Shown piece by piece: positions 1 through 8,830 of a stretch of 64,000 nt of DNA. The notes below the pieces were generated by a model that was not told the origin of the DNA, did no database searches, and was given only the letters and a program-made list of their open reading frames with translations. Position 1 is the first letter of the stretch. Each line of letters opens with the position of its first letter. Location of the stretch: positions 2,721-66,720 of the forward strand of contig CACYHG010000001.1 of NCBI GenBank assembly GCA_902774175.1. The letters are read 5' to 3'. The DNA is from an uncultured Bacteroidota bacterium. Lineage in GTDB: Bacteria; Bacteroidota; Bacteroidia; Bacteroidales; WCHB1-69. Made by a program: the position numbers and the translations under genes.

Positions 1-3000
1 CCACTGCGGTATCGACAAACTGCGGCGTGACAGAGAGGCTGTGGCTGTCCTGCCGTGTAAAACGGACGAACTCCTCAAGCCCGAAATTCTTCCCGCACAC
101 GTTGGCCGCATACTTGGATGAGACCAGGTTGTTCCATGAACGCAAACCGAGGGACGGGCCATAGGCACTGTCCTGAATGTAAAGCGCGTAACCGCTGCCT
201 ACACCATCTGCACAAAAAAGATTCCGGCTCATATTGCTCCTGGTTCCGGTTCCGATAGTGGACAAGTACATGGCATAGGCAATGCCGGTGTTATACACCA
301 AAACGCTGTTGTGATGCAGCTCCACACGGGTGTGGCCGCCGGAGAGGTAAATCCCGTATTTCTTACAGCTGCCGTATCCGCCAGACACGCGCACCTCGTT
401 GTTGGTGACAATGGTTGAAACGGTGTCATAGTCATCTCCGGTATTCAAACTGTATTTGATGCAATGCAGGTACAACCCCCACCCGTTGTTGCGGCTGCAG
501 ACATACAGCCTGTTGCCGTCAATGGTGTCCATCCCTCTGTAGTAATTGGTATACAATCCGTAATAAGTGTTGCTGTTGGAACTGTATCCTGGAATGCCGG
601 TGAGCCCGTAACGGCTGACGATGGTGTTGTGGCTGATGCTCGGATAGTTCCCGTAATAGGCAGTGTAGATTCCGGCATAATAGGCATAGGTCAGACGATT
701 GCTGTCGATAATGGCGGAGGGGATGTCGTTGCTGTCACTGCATGCCGCGTAGGCCATATAAATGTTATAGTAGCCTCCTGACAGGTTATTTCCTATCAAA
801 CGGATATTTTCCAGACTGTATATTCTGCTGTTGCTGTTGGCATATTCGTCACCGTAGGTGATGCACCTGCAGTTCCTGTCGGTTGAGGTGGAGCAGGCGT
901 ACATGTTACAGTGGCGGAAAGTTAGATGTGAACAGTTTTTCTCCAGTTTCACACCGATGGTTCCGCTAACACTGTCCCCGAAAGAGAGGCTCTGGAATGT
1001 GACGAAAGGAAGATTTATGCAGAGTAGCGCGGCCCCATCCTTCAACGGTTCAAAAACCACTTGCGCCCCCTCCTCCGCCTGTAGGGTGACATTGTTTGTG
1101 ACACTTGTGCCCGGAATGGTGTCGGAGAGGCGCAACGCCCCATAATTGCCGGAACGGAGCCTCATCACCACAGGCCCGGCGACCCCACAATGGTACAGAG
1201 CATCCTTCATCACCTCCGGGTCATCAAAATCGGCCTTTGCGCCGCCGACCGTATAACTGCCAGCCGCAAGTGTGCCGCCGCAGACGAATTTGTCAAGGAT
1301 TGCCGTGTCGTTTGCATGGTCGGCATCGTCCGACAGGTTCGGTTTCTCCACCCATGCCACAAGACGGTTGCGGGTGAACACCCCTGCGGTGTAGCTTCCG
1401 ATAATGACCGTGTCGCAACCGCCGAAGCCCAATCTGCCCTTCCATCTGAAATCGGCCTGACGCACGCCGTTTGCGCTCCACCGGATGGTGACTTCCGTCA
1501 GCGTGTCCGCACTGAGGTTGTGTAATGTGACGCATAACGGGACGCTGTTCCCGCTCTGCAGCGCAGTGCCGGCGAAATCATACAGCGCGGCATCCATTGC
1601 GCCGTTTGGGAGCGGCATGGCCTGGTTTGCCCCCATGGTGGTGAGCAGCACACGCCCCTTCCCATGGATGTCATACTTTACCGCATCCGTGCGCAGCAGC
1701 AGCTGGCGGCCTTCCATCCGGAGGTCCAGCACGGAAGAGGTGTCCGCATAGATGGGTTCCACGCTCACACTGTGGGTGTCCGTTTCCAGATAGTTCTGAA
1801 AATCGGAAATGGAGGCATAGCCTTTACCGACCATTCTCATCAGAACGCTCCCACCATGGTTGTAGAAGTTGTTGTAGTCCGAAACAAAACCCCAAACTTC
1901 AGAACTGCCATCACCGGTAAGGTCAATGGCCGGAGCCTGCATGACATCAATGACATTGCCCCGCAAGACTGTCATGCCTCTGGAGTCTCCGGAATGCCTG
2001 TATCCGCACACGGCACCTTCCCCACTGACACGGACAGTGTTATGGAAAAAGCACAATCTGTTTGAAGTGGATCTGACCCCGTAACCCTGATACATCCGGA
2101 TGCAGTTGTTGGCAATCAGGGCAGAACCCCTCCCGCCATAACGGTTTAGATAGTTCAGCGACATGCCGTATGTTCTGCTGGCATACATGGCGTGGCGGTG
2201 TCTGATGTCGATAAGGTTGCCGACAATACTGTCCGCCTGGACCCATTGCAGCTCCATCCCGCAAAAGGCAAGGGAATCGGTATTGGCGAACCTGGATGCA
2301 AGCCGGTTATGGCTGCAGCTGGCAAGATGCACCGCATACAGGGAAACCGGCGAATTGCTTTGTCCGCTGATTTCATTATGGTCCACCATCACATTTTTAC
2401 AGACAACGTTGGCCGCCAAGCCCGAAACAATCACTCCGGCATAGCCCCCACGGATGAGGTTCCCGGCAATGCAGATATTATGGCAACACTCGTTATCAGG
2501 GAGATATTCATTGTATGTGGAGATGCCGTAGCATTTGCTTTTACCCTTGCCGACCGTATCGCAGAGCAGGTTGTTGTGCAGGATGTCGATGTCGCCGCAT
2601 CCGTTGTTGAGCTGCACCACGGAGCCGGATTGGGAAAGCAGTTGCAGTCCCATGTTTTTCAGGGTGAAACCGTGGATGTCCCGGCCGATGGTCAGGACCG
2701 TTCCGCTGTCGGACACAAGAACGCTGTTACGGTCTTCCGAAACGGAGGTCAGGGTGAGGCGGTGGCTCCCCATGGCCTTTCCTATGTTGGAGATGTCCAT
2801 GCTCCCGCGATAGGTGCCCTCCTCCAGGGCGATGGTGATGTCACGCTCCACGCCGCACTCCCTTATCCGCCGCAGGATGATGCCGAAATCTTCAAAGGCG
2901 AAGTCAGCACTGGCGGAAGGTCCCACAACATAGGTTCCCCCCATAGGCCTGTCGCAGATCACACGGCTGTGGAAAATGGTATCGTTCAACGAATTGATGT

Positions 3001-4684
3001 CGCCCTCCATGCTTATGGCCGCAATGAAATCGTGCAACCCGTCCGAAAGCTGGAAGCTGCCGATGGAGATGGTGTCCGCTTGTTGGAACGCCAATGGGAC
3101 GGCAGGCCGGTAAGTGAACTCCGGACAACTTGTACGGTCAATCACCAGGCGGATGGCTGCCTTCCGGATTGGCTTCAGACCCATGTTACGGACAACCACT
3201 TTCAAAGGGACGTATCCGGAAGAGGAGAGCTTCTCCATGTCGGCAAACCCCTCCAGCATGGCATCTGTGGAATCGGGGCTGAGCATGTGGCAGCCCATGG
3301 CCGTCCTCCTGTCCCTCAAAAAACCGTCGATATCCCTGCCAACGCTGTAAAAGGCGGGGCAGGTGAAACGTGTGGAGTTACCTATCTCCAAGCTTACGCT
3401 GTCCCTCCAGTCAGGCGCGACGGACAAGGAATGGCGGTCGCAGCTGCTGTCAACCTTCCGGATATCATCCATCGAGGCCATGTTGCCGTTCAGATAGGCA
3501 AGCCAGGCACCGTCGCTGTAGTAGTTGTTGTAATCCCTGTCGAACCTGAATTTGTTGATATAGTAGTCGGAAATGTACAGGGGGTAGCCGTCATTGCCGC
3601 TGTTTGCAAATATGTTGTTCCGGATGACAGGGTAAAGGCTTGGCGTAACTACAGATGTGGTGAAGCCGTAGGCCGGCGCGGAGGATTGTGTGAAAATGGT
3701 ATTGTGCACAACATGCACCGGCAATTGGGTACTCTGGCTTGAAATTCCGTAAACGGATTTTTGCCCGTTCACAAAAATTTCGTTGTTTGCGATGAGCATT
3801 GTGTCCCTTCCTGTTTCGGTATATAATCCCATGAAATACATGCCATAGGCATCGCCCTTGGTTTTGATGCGGATACGGTTGCCCTCCACTTTGCGCCAAC
3901 AGGAGCCATATTGGGAATTTACGCCCTGGAATGAGACCGCCCCGCTGCCATGTGTCACCCTGTTGTGCGAAAAACTTCTGACTGTGCAGTAATAGTAGGT
4001 GTGGACACCGCAGCTGAAGGCCTCACACAATGTGTTGCTGTCGATGGTGACACCCCGGCAGTAGCTCATGGCAGCACCTCCGCCGCAAGCGTAGTAGAGG
4101 TAGAAATTCTGGGCTCCGCCCTCAATGATGTTGTCAATAAAACGGACATTGTCCAGCATGTGTTCGCTGTTGGGGATACCCGTATAGCTTACCGCGCTGT
4201 AAATATCCTGATTGGAGGCCGGAGCCACAATCCGGCAATGGCGGAACTCCACATCGGTCAGGCTGCTGTCCATTTTCACACCTGCCAGCTGGCCGTCAAA
4301 GGTGATGTTCCGGAATACAAGGTGGGCGGTATTGGCCAATGCGAGGGCGTAGCCACGGACAAAACGGACGCTGTCGCGGCACCGGCTGGCGGAACAGAAG
4401 GTGACCCTGTTCCGTTCGCTCGCCCCAGGGATGGTGTCATGGATTGAAAAGCCAAAATAGAAGAGCCCGTTCCGGACGCGCATCTCCACAGGGCCGCTCA
4501 CGCCGCACTTCAACAGGCAGCCGACCGCCTCCTCCACGGAAAGGAAATCCGACAGGCTGTCGCCCACGTAATAGATGCCGTTCAACGCACTGTCACAACC
4601 GCTTCGCGTAACGGCGGGGTTCCCCCGCTGGGAGAACACAGGGCAGCATGCGCAAAGCATGACCCATACTAACAATTTTTTCAT
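1..4684 (-). CDS. Giant secreted beta-helix / Ig(CARDB-like) repeat protein, partial (>1561 aa, runs off left edge); paralog of 10522..20322
   Basis: Hand translation from the ATG at 4684 gives MKKLLVWVMLCACCPVFSQ (signal peptide), then GCDSALNGIYYVG...CGVSGPV. The same frame gives ICDRPMGGTYVVG...CGVERDI (~2950), VCGGTLAAGSYTVG...CGVAGPV (~1280) and QDSHSLSVTPQFVD at the edge. Absence from the ORF track is consistent with no stop inside the window. Confidence 0.85.
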   Translation of the reverse strand, partial: MKKLLVWVMLCACCPVFSQRGNPAVTRSGCDSALNGIYYVGDSLSDFLSVEEAVGCLLKCGVSGPVEMRVRNGLFYFGFSIHDTIPGASERNRVTFCSASRCRDSVRFVRGYALALANTAHLVFRNITFDGQLAGVKMDSSLTDVEFRHCRIVAPASNQDIYSAVSYTGIPNSEHMLDNVRFIDNIIEGGAQNFYLYYACGGGAAMSYCRGVTIDSNTLCEAFSCGVHTYYYCTVRSFSHNRVTHGSGAVSFQGVNSQYGSCWRKVEGNRIRIKTKGDAYGMYFMGLYTETGRDTMLIANNEIFVNGQKSVYGISSQSTQLPVHVVHNTIFTQSSAPAYGFTTSVVTPSLYPVIRNNIFANSGNDGYPLYISDYYINKFRFDRDYNNYYSDGAWLAYLNGNMASMDDIRKVDSSCDRHSLSVAPDWRDSVSLEIGNSTRFTCPAFYSVGRDIDGFLRDRRTAMGCHMLSPDSTDAMLEGFADMEKLSSSGYVPLKVVVRNMGLKPIRKAAIRLVIDRTSCPEFTYRPAVPLAFQQADTISIGSFQLSDGLHDFIAAISMEGDINSLNDTIFHSRVICDRPMGGTYVVGPSASADFAFEDFGIILRRIRECGVERDITIALEEGTYRGSMDISNIGKAMGSHRLTLTSVSEDRNSVLVSDSGTVLTIGRDIHGFTLKNMGLQLLSQSGSVVQLNNGCGDIDILHNNLLCDTVGKGKSKCYGISTYNEYLPDNECCHNICIAGNLIRGGYAGVIVSGLAANVVCKNVMVDHNEISGQSNSPVSLYAVHLASCSHNRLASRFANTDSLAFCGMELQWVQADSIVGNLIDIRHRHAMYASRTYGMSLNYLNRYGGRGSALIANNCIRMYQGYGVRSTSNRLCFFHNTVRVSGEGAVCGYRHSGDSRGMTVLRGNVIDVMQAPAIDLTGDGSSEVWGFVSDYNNFYNHGGSVLMRMVGKGYASISDFQNYLETDTHSVSVEPIYADTSSVLDLRMEGRQLLLRTDAVKYDIHGKGRVLLTTMGANQAMPLPNGAMDAALYDFAGTALQSGNSVPLCVTLHNLSADTLTEVTIRWSANGVRQADFRWKGRLGFGGCDTVIIGSYTAGVFTRNRLVAWVEKPNLSDDADHANDTAILDKFVCGGTLAAGSYTVGGAKADFDDPEVMKDALYHCGVAGPVVMRLRSGNYGALRLSDTIPGTSVTNNVTLQAEEGAQVVFEPLKDGAALLCINLPFVTFQSLSFGDSVSGTIGVKLEKNCSHLTFRHCNMYACSTSTDRNCRCITYGDEYANSNSRIYSLENIRLIGNNLSGGYYNIYMAYAACSDSNDIPSAIIDSNRLTYAYYAGIYTAYYGNYPSISHNTIVSRYGLTGIPGYSSNSNTYYGLYTNYYRGMDTIDGNRLYVCSRNNGWGLYLHCIKYSLNTGDDYDTVSTIVTNNEVRVSGGYGSCKKYGIYLSGGHTRVELHHNSVLVYNTGIAYAMYLSTIGTGTRSNMSRNLFCADGVGSGYALYIQDSAYGPSLGLRSWNNLVSSKYAANVCGKNFGLEEFVRFTRQDSHSLSVTPQFVDTAV

Positions 4685-4699
4685 TGTAAAATATTTTTT

Positions 4700-5224
4700 C
4701 TATTCATTTAACCGCCAAACATCATCCCCAGCTTTGACTTCGGAAATCCCTTTCCCTCTGATGACAACCACCCTGTCATTCCCCTTCTCCAAAACCACTG
4801 TGTCTCCAACTGTTTTTGAAAAGTTCCCGGAAAAAGGGTCGCCGTTGAATTCTTTCTCCATGTCAATGTCATGCGTTGTGCCTGTTCTAAATTTGCAACT
4901 GCAAACCATTTTTAATGTGGAAATACGCGTATACATGGTTCCATATATGGAAAAGTTTTCTGAATGAATGGTAAAATACATGTCACGGTTATGTACATCC
5001 CCGCATTTGCATGTGTATGACAAATATTCTGTTTCTGGCACGACTATATCTAAAACTTTGCCTGACATCAGATGGTTGCTGTCGTTCACAAACGTTATCT
5101 CCTGATTTTCCACATAAGGGAAGTATGCTCTCAAATCATGCGGAAACGCAAGATATTCCTTTTTGCAGGATGTGACAATCCCGCTAATAGACAGGACAAA
5201 TAATGCTATAACTACTTTTTTCAT
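4700..5224 (-). CDS. Hypothetical lipoprotein
   Basis: Likely start MKKVVIALFVLSISGIVTS-C (lipobox). AT-richer than its neighbours; stop lies 15 nt upstream of the giant ORF. Confidence 0.7.
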   Translation of the reverse strand: MKKVVIALFVLSISGIVTSCKKEYLAFPHDLRAYFPYVENQEITFVNDSNHLMSGKVLDIVVPETEYLSYTCKCGDVHNRDMYFTIHSENFSIYGTMYTRISTLKMVCSCKFRTGTTHDIDMEKEFNGDPFSGNFSKTVGDTVVLEKGNDRVVVIRGKGISEVKAGDDVWRLNE

Positions 5225-5396
5225 CTCATTCCTCCTTTTATTTTGAATCAGATTGTTTGCTGCACATAGATAATTTGACAAAAAGATATTTTTCTGCATA
5301 TCGGTGTTATTTTAACGTTTGACAATGATAAAACGTTTCAGACCCCCGAAAAATTACAGGCCGCAGGATTTTTTTTTGATTTTATAATATTATAAT

Positions 5397-5424
5397 GTAG
5401 AGACGCAAAATTTTGCGTCTCTAC
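5397..5424. repeat. REP-like 28-nt palindrome
   Basis: GTAGAGACG-CAAAATTTTG-CGTCTCTAC, a perfect palindrome. Confidence 0.85.
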
Positions 5425-5443
5425 AACCCAACGTAGGGACGAT

Positions 5444-5471
5444 GTAGAGACGGTGCATGCACCGTCTCTAC
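5444..5471. repeat. REP-like 28-nt palindrome
   Basis: GTAGAGACG-GTGCATGCAC-CGTCTCTAC, a perfect palindrome. Confidence 0.85.
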
Positions 5472-5487
5472 ATTTAAAAACAAAACC

Positions 5488-5514
5488 GGAACGACACCGT
5501 GCGTGCGTTCCTAC
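5488..5514 (-). repeat. Second-family GTAG hairpin (REP-like) overlapping the flavodoxin stop
   Basis: Minus strand reads GTAGGAACGCACGCACGGTGTCGTTCC with a GGAACG/CGTTCC stem; the TAG of GTAG is the stop codon. Confidence 0.5.
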
Positions 5515-6353
5515 CGCACCACCTTCGTGAACACCGGCGGTTCCCCATTGGCCACCGTCACGTACACCTGAATTTCACCGGCGGGCGGCATTTTGGAATC
5601 CTCGCGAGGAAGGTCTACGGCCGTGAAGAGATATTCCACCCCTTCCGGAATGCTGCGGGATGCGACCGCAATGGCCTTGGCGTGCAGCATCGGATAACCG
5701 TCCACGGCGGCATCGAAAACGGCAGACTCCTCCGCGCTCACCAGATGCTGCTCCGGGAAGGCCTCAGGCTGCACATATTCCCCTTCAATAAAGCCGCCTG
5801 CCATCAGGAACTGCTCCACCTCCTTCGGCATGGCCGCCATGCGGGCGGCGCGCACACCGTAGCCGGGCAGCAGCTCGGCTTCCGGCTGCTTCGCCTGCAG
5901 CTCCTTCACACTCGACTCCAGTCCTCCGCTGCCGAAGGTGCAGAACGGGACCACCTTTTTCCCGCCCAGGTCCACACTGTCGAGGAGGGTGGCCACAGGC
6001 GGCGCATAGGTGCCGAACCATACAGGATAACCCAAAAAGACAATGTCGTATTGGGAAAGGTCTGATTTCAACGGGCGGATTTTTGGCAGCACACCCTGCT
6101 CACGCTCCTTCATGCAGCGTCCGATGGTCGCCTGGAAATCCCCGTCGTAGGGCTCCACAGCGACAATCTCCTCCATGTCGGCGTTAAGCAGGCGGGCAAT
6201 CTCCCCGGCCACCGCCTTGGTGTTACCGGTCTGGGAGTAATACAGCACCAGCACTTTCGGTGTTTTTTCCTCTGTTGTCCCCTTTTTACTGCCGCAGGAG
6301 ACGGCGGTCACGGTCACGGTCGCAAGGACCAGCATAAGTTTTGTGGTTTTCAT
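5511..6353 (-). CDS. Flavodoxin-family lipoprotein with an extra C-terminal domain
   Basis: Lipobox TAVS-C; FMN loop YYSQTGNT; GYPVW and PFCTFGSGG motifs; ~80-aa C-terminal extension. Confidence 0.85.
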   Translation of the reverse strand: MKTTKLMLVLATVTVTAVSCGSKKGTTEEKTPKVLVLYYSQTGNTKAVAGEIARLLNADMEEIVAVEPYDGDFQATIGRCMKEREQGVLPKIRPLKSDLSQYDIVFLGYPVWFGTYAPPVATLLDSVDLGGKKVVPFCTFGSGGLESSVKELQAKQPEAELLPGYGVRAARMAAMPKEVEQFLMAGGFIEGEYVQPEAFPEQHLVSAEESAVFDAAVDGYPMLHAKAIAVASRSIPEGVEYLFTAVDLPREDSKMPPAGEIQVYVTVANGEPPVFTKVVR

Positions 6354-6368
6354 AGTGGTTTTTTTTTA

Positions 6369-6516
6369 GAGACGCCATGATATGACGTCTTTACTTGAGA
6401 GACGCCATGTGGTGACGTCTTTACTTGAGTGACTGAGACGCCATGATATGACGTCTTTACGATGAGACGCCATGTGGTGACGTCACTACTGAGACGCCAT
6501 GAGATGACGTCTTTAC
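6369..6516. repeat. Tandem array of five 26-nt REP-like hairpins (BIME-like)
   Basis: GAGACGCCATG-NNNT-GACGTC(TT/AC)TAC at 6369, 6399, 6435, 6464 and 6491, separated by 1-10 nt. Confidence 0.85.
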
Positions 6517-7286
6517 TTGTATCGTGGTTTGCGCTTCTCCAGGAAGGCGGTCATGCCCTCCTTCTGATCTTCAGCCAGGAAGCATTGTGCGAAGTACCTG
6601 TTTTCAAGCGCGATGGCATCGTCCATGGGCAGGTCCGCCGATTCCTGGATGCTCCTTTTTGCATACGAGACCGCCACGCGGCTGTTGGCCATGATGCGGC
6701 GAGCCCATTGCAGCGCCTCCTCCATCAGCTGTTCGGCAGGGACCACGGCATTCACCAGCCCCATGCGGTAGGCTTCACTGGCGTCGATCGTCTTCCCCGT
6801 ATAGATAAGCTCCTTGGCAAAGGCGGGGCCGACAATTCGTGTAAGCCGCACCGTACCGGAGAAGCCTGGTATGATGCCAAGCCCCACCTCCGGCTGCCCG
6901 AAGCGGGAACGTTCGGAGGTGATGCGCAGGTCACAGGCAAGAGCCAGCTCGCAGCCGCCGCCGAGCGCATAGCCGTTCATCACCGCAATCACAGGCACCG
7001 GCAGAAGCTCAATCTTTCTGAAGACAGAGGAGCCCAGACGGGCGAACTCCAACGCACCGGCCTCGTCCAGAGGCTGCATTTCGGAGATGTCCGCACCGGC
7101 CACAAAGGCCTTGCTGCCCGCACCGGTGACAAGCAGAACCCGCACTTCGGAGGGAACATGTTGCACAAAATCATCCAGTTCGCGCAGCATTCCCGAATTC
7201 AACGCATTCAGCGACTGCGGCGCGGAGAGGGTCAGCAGCCCTATCCCATCCTCCGGCATGGAGAATTCCAAATATTTGTATTCCAT
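6513..7286 (-). CDS. crt: Crotonase / enoyl-CoA hydratase
   Basis: FVAGADI, GYALGGGCELALACD and FGQPEVGLG motifs; follows atoA. Start trimmed to MEYKYL. Confidence 0.85.
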   Translation of the reverse strand: MEYKYLEFSMPEDGIGLLTLSAPQSLNALNSGMLRELDDFVQHVPSEVRVLLVTGAGSKAFVAGADISEMQPLDEAGALEFARLGSSVFRKIELLPVPVIAVMNGYALGGGCELALACDLRITSERSRFGQPEVGLGIIPGFSGTVRLTRIVGPAFAKELIYTGKTIDASEAYRMGLVNAVVPAEQLMEEALQWARRIMANSRVAVSYAKRSIQESADLPMDDAIALENRYFAQCFLAEDQKEGMTAFLEKRKPRYK

Positions 7287-7297
7287 TCCGCAGCAGT

Positions 7298-7954
7298 TTA
7301 GCACATCGGCTTCAGATCCGGAGATACAATCAGAGTGGCCTCGGTTGCAGCCTGCACATCCTCAACGGTGAACTCCGGATTGATTTCCGTCAGCACAATG
7401 CCTTCAGGACGGATTTCCATCACGCCCATTTCGGTGATAATCATGTTTACCTGACCTGCAGCCGTCAGAGGCAGCGTGCATTCCTTCAAAATTTTCGGGT
7501 TGCCCTTCTGGGTGTGTTCCATGGCAAGTATCACCTTGCGTGCGCCCACCACCAGATCCATGGCACCACCCATGCCGGGAGCCATTTTTCCGGGGATGAT
7601 CCAGTTGGCAAGGTTGCCCTTCTCGTCCACCTGCAACGCACCAAGCACCGACACGTTCACATGACCGCCGCGGATGATGGCGAACGATGTTGCGGAATCA
7701 AAGGTGCATGCGCCCGGATTCAGCGTTATGTAGCCGCCTCCGGCGTTGATCAGGTTCTTGTCCTCCTGGCCTTCGGCCGGAGCGACACCCATGCCCATCG
7801 CACCGTTTTCAGTCTGCAGCGTCACAGTGACACCTTCGGGCAGATAGTTCGGAATCAGGGTAGGCAGACCGATTCCCAAATTTACGACATCCCCATCGTG
7901 AAGCTCCTTGGCGGCACGCCGGGCAATAACCTCTCTTATCTGATTTTTATCCAT
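7298..7954 (-). CDS. atoA: Butyrate/acetoacetate CoA-transferase subunit B
   Basis: VNLGIGLP, LQTENG (catalytic Glu), GMGGAMDLV. Confidence 0.9.
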   Translation of the reverse strand: MDKNQIREVIARRAAKELHDGDVVNLGIGLPTLIPNYLPEGVTVTLQTENGAMGMGVAPAEGQEDKNLINAGGGYITLNPGACTFDSATSFAIIRGGHVNVSVLGALQVDEKGNLANWIIPGKMAPGMGGAMDLVVGARKVILAMEHTQKGNPKILKECTLPLTAAGQVNMIITEMGVMEIRPEGIVLTEINPEFTVEDVQAATEATLIVSPDLKPMC

Positions 7955-8010
7955 AGAAAAAAATGTTTTTTTTAATTATTAATCAAAATTATACGTTATC
8001 ATGTTTTTGG

Positions 8011-8038
8011 GTAGAGACGTAGCGTGCTACGTCTCTAC
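8011..8038. repeat. REP-like 28-nt palindrome
   Basis: GTAGAGACG-TAGCGTGCTA-CGTCTCTAC, 3 nt after the kamE stop. Confidence 0.85.
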
Positions 8039-8041
8039 AAA

Positions 8042-8830
8042 TTATTTCATACCACGTTTGACCATTTCCTGCACAATGAAGGAGATGACATCGTCGGCGA
8101 AGGTGTTCATACCGAAACCGGCATCGTATCCCAGCTCCTTGGCCAGTTCGTGCGTGATGCGGGCGCCGCCGCAGACCAGTATCATCCGGTCGCGCAGCCC
8201 CTCGGCCTCCATCAGCTCAACAAGGTTCACCAGATTATGGATGTGAACATCCTTCTGCGTCACAGTCTGTGAGACAATCAGAGCATCGGCGTGCAGCTCC
8301 AGCCCCTTGGCGATGAACTCCTCATTAGGCACCTGCGAGCCGAGATTGTATGCCTCCACCATCTCGTAACGCTCCAGACCGTAATGTCCGGCATATCCCT
8401 TCATGTTCATGATGGCGTCGATACCGACCGTATGGGCGTCGGTGCCTGTGCTTGCGCCAACCACTACAATCTTCCTTCCGAAATGCTCCTTTATATAGGC
8501 GTCGGTCTCGTACATGTCCATGGTGGAAGATTCAACCTTAGGCACATATATGCCCTGGTAGTCCACCGTTTGCGAACAGCTTCCGTAGCAGTTGAAGAAG
8601 GTGAAGCCGGGGGTCAGCTCCTTGTAGAAGACCACCTGCGGATTCTCCATCCCCATTTTCCGTATCAGCTGCTTGGCCGCCTCCACCGCCTCAGCGCCGC
8701 AAGGAACCGGCAGCGTGAAGCTCAACTGCACCTTGCCGTCGTTCATCGTGTCGCCGTAAGGCTTTACCTTTGTCAAATCCAAGGTTTTGTCAAAATCCTT
8801 GGCCTCCATCGAATACAAACCTTCGCTCAT
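8042..8830 (-). CDS. kamE: Lysine 5,6-aminomutase beta subunit (cobalamin/PLP binding)
   Basis: KPYGDTMNDGKVQLSFTLP; DAHTVG (DxHxxG) followed by MNMKG; coupled to kamD. Confidence 0.95.
   Translation of the reverse strand: MSEGLYSMEAKDFDKTLDLTKVKPYGDTMNDGKVQLSFTLPVPCGAEAVEAAKQLIRKMGMENPQVVFYKELTPGFTFFNCYGSCSQTVDYQGIYVPKVESSTMDMYETDAYIKEHFGRKIVVVGASTGTDAHTVGIDAIMNMKGYAGHYGLERYEMVEAYNLGSQVPNEEFIAKGLELHADALIVSQTVTQKDVHIHNLVNLVELMEAEGLRDRMILVCGGARITHELAKELGYDAGFGMNTFADDVISFIVQEMVKRGMK

Noticed and set aside
2192-3742. Long + strand ORFs (e.g. 2192..3742, 10498..11934, 14794..16524, 8872..9927, 44964..46079, 52780..53838)
   Set aside because: These are antisense shadows of GC3-rich minus-strand genes, with V/G/H/A/D-skewed composition and no recognisable motifs.
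6369-6516. Possible CRISPR array
   Set aside because: Units are 26 nt separated by only 1-10 nt with no unique spacers; no cas genes; the arms match the local REP family.
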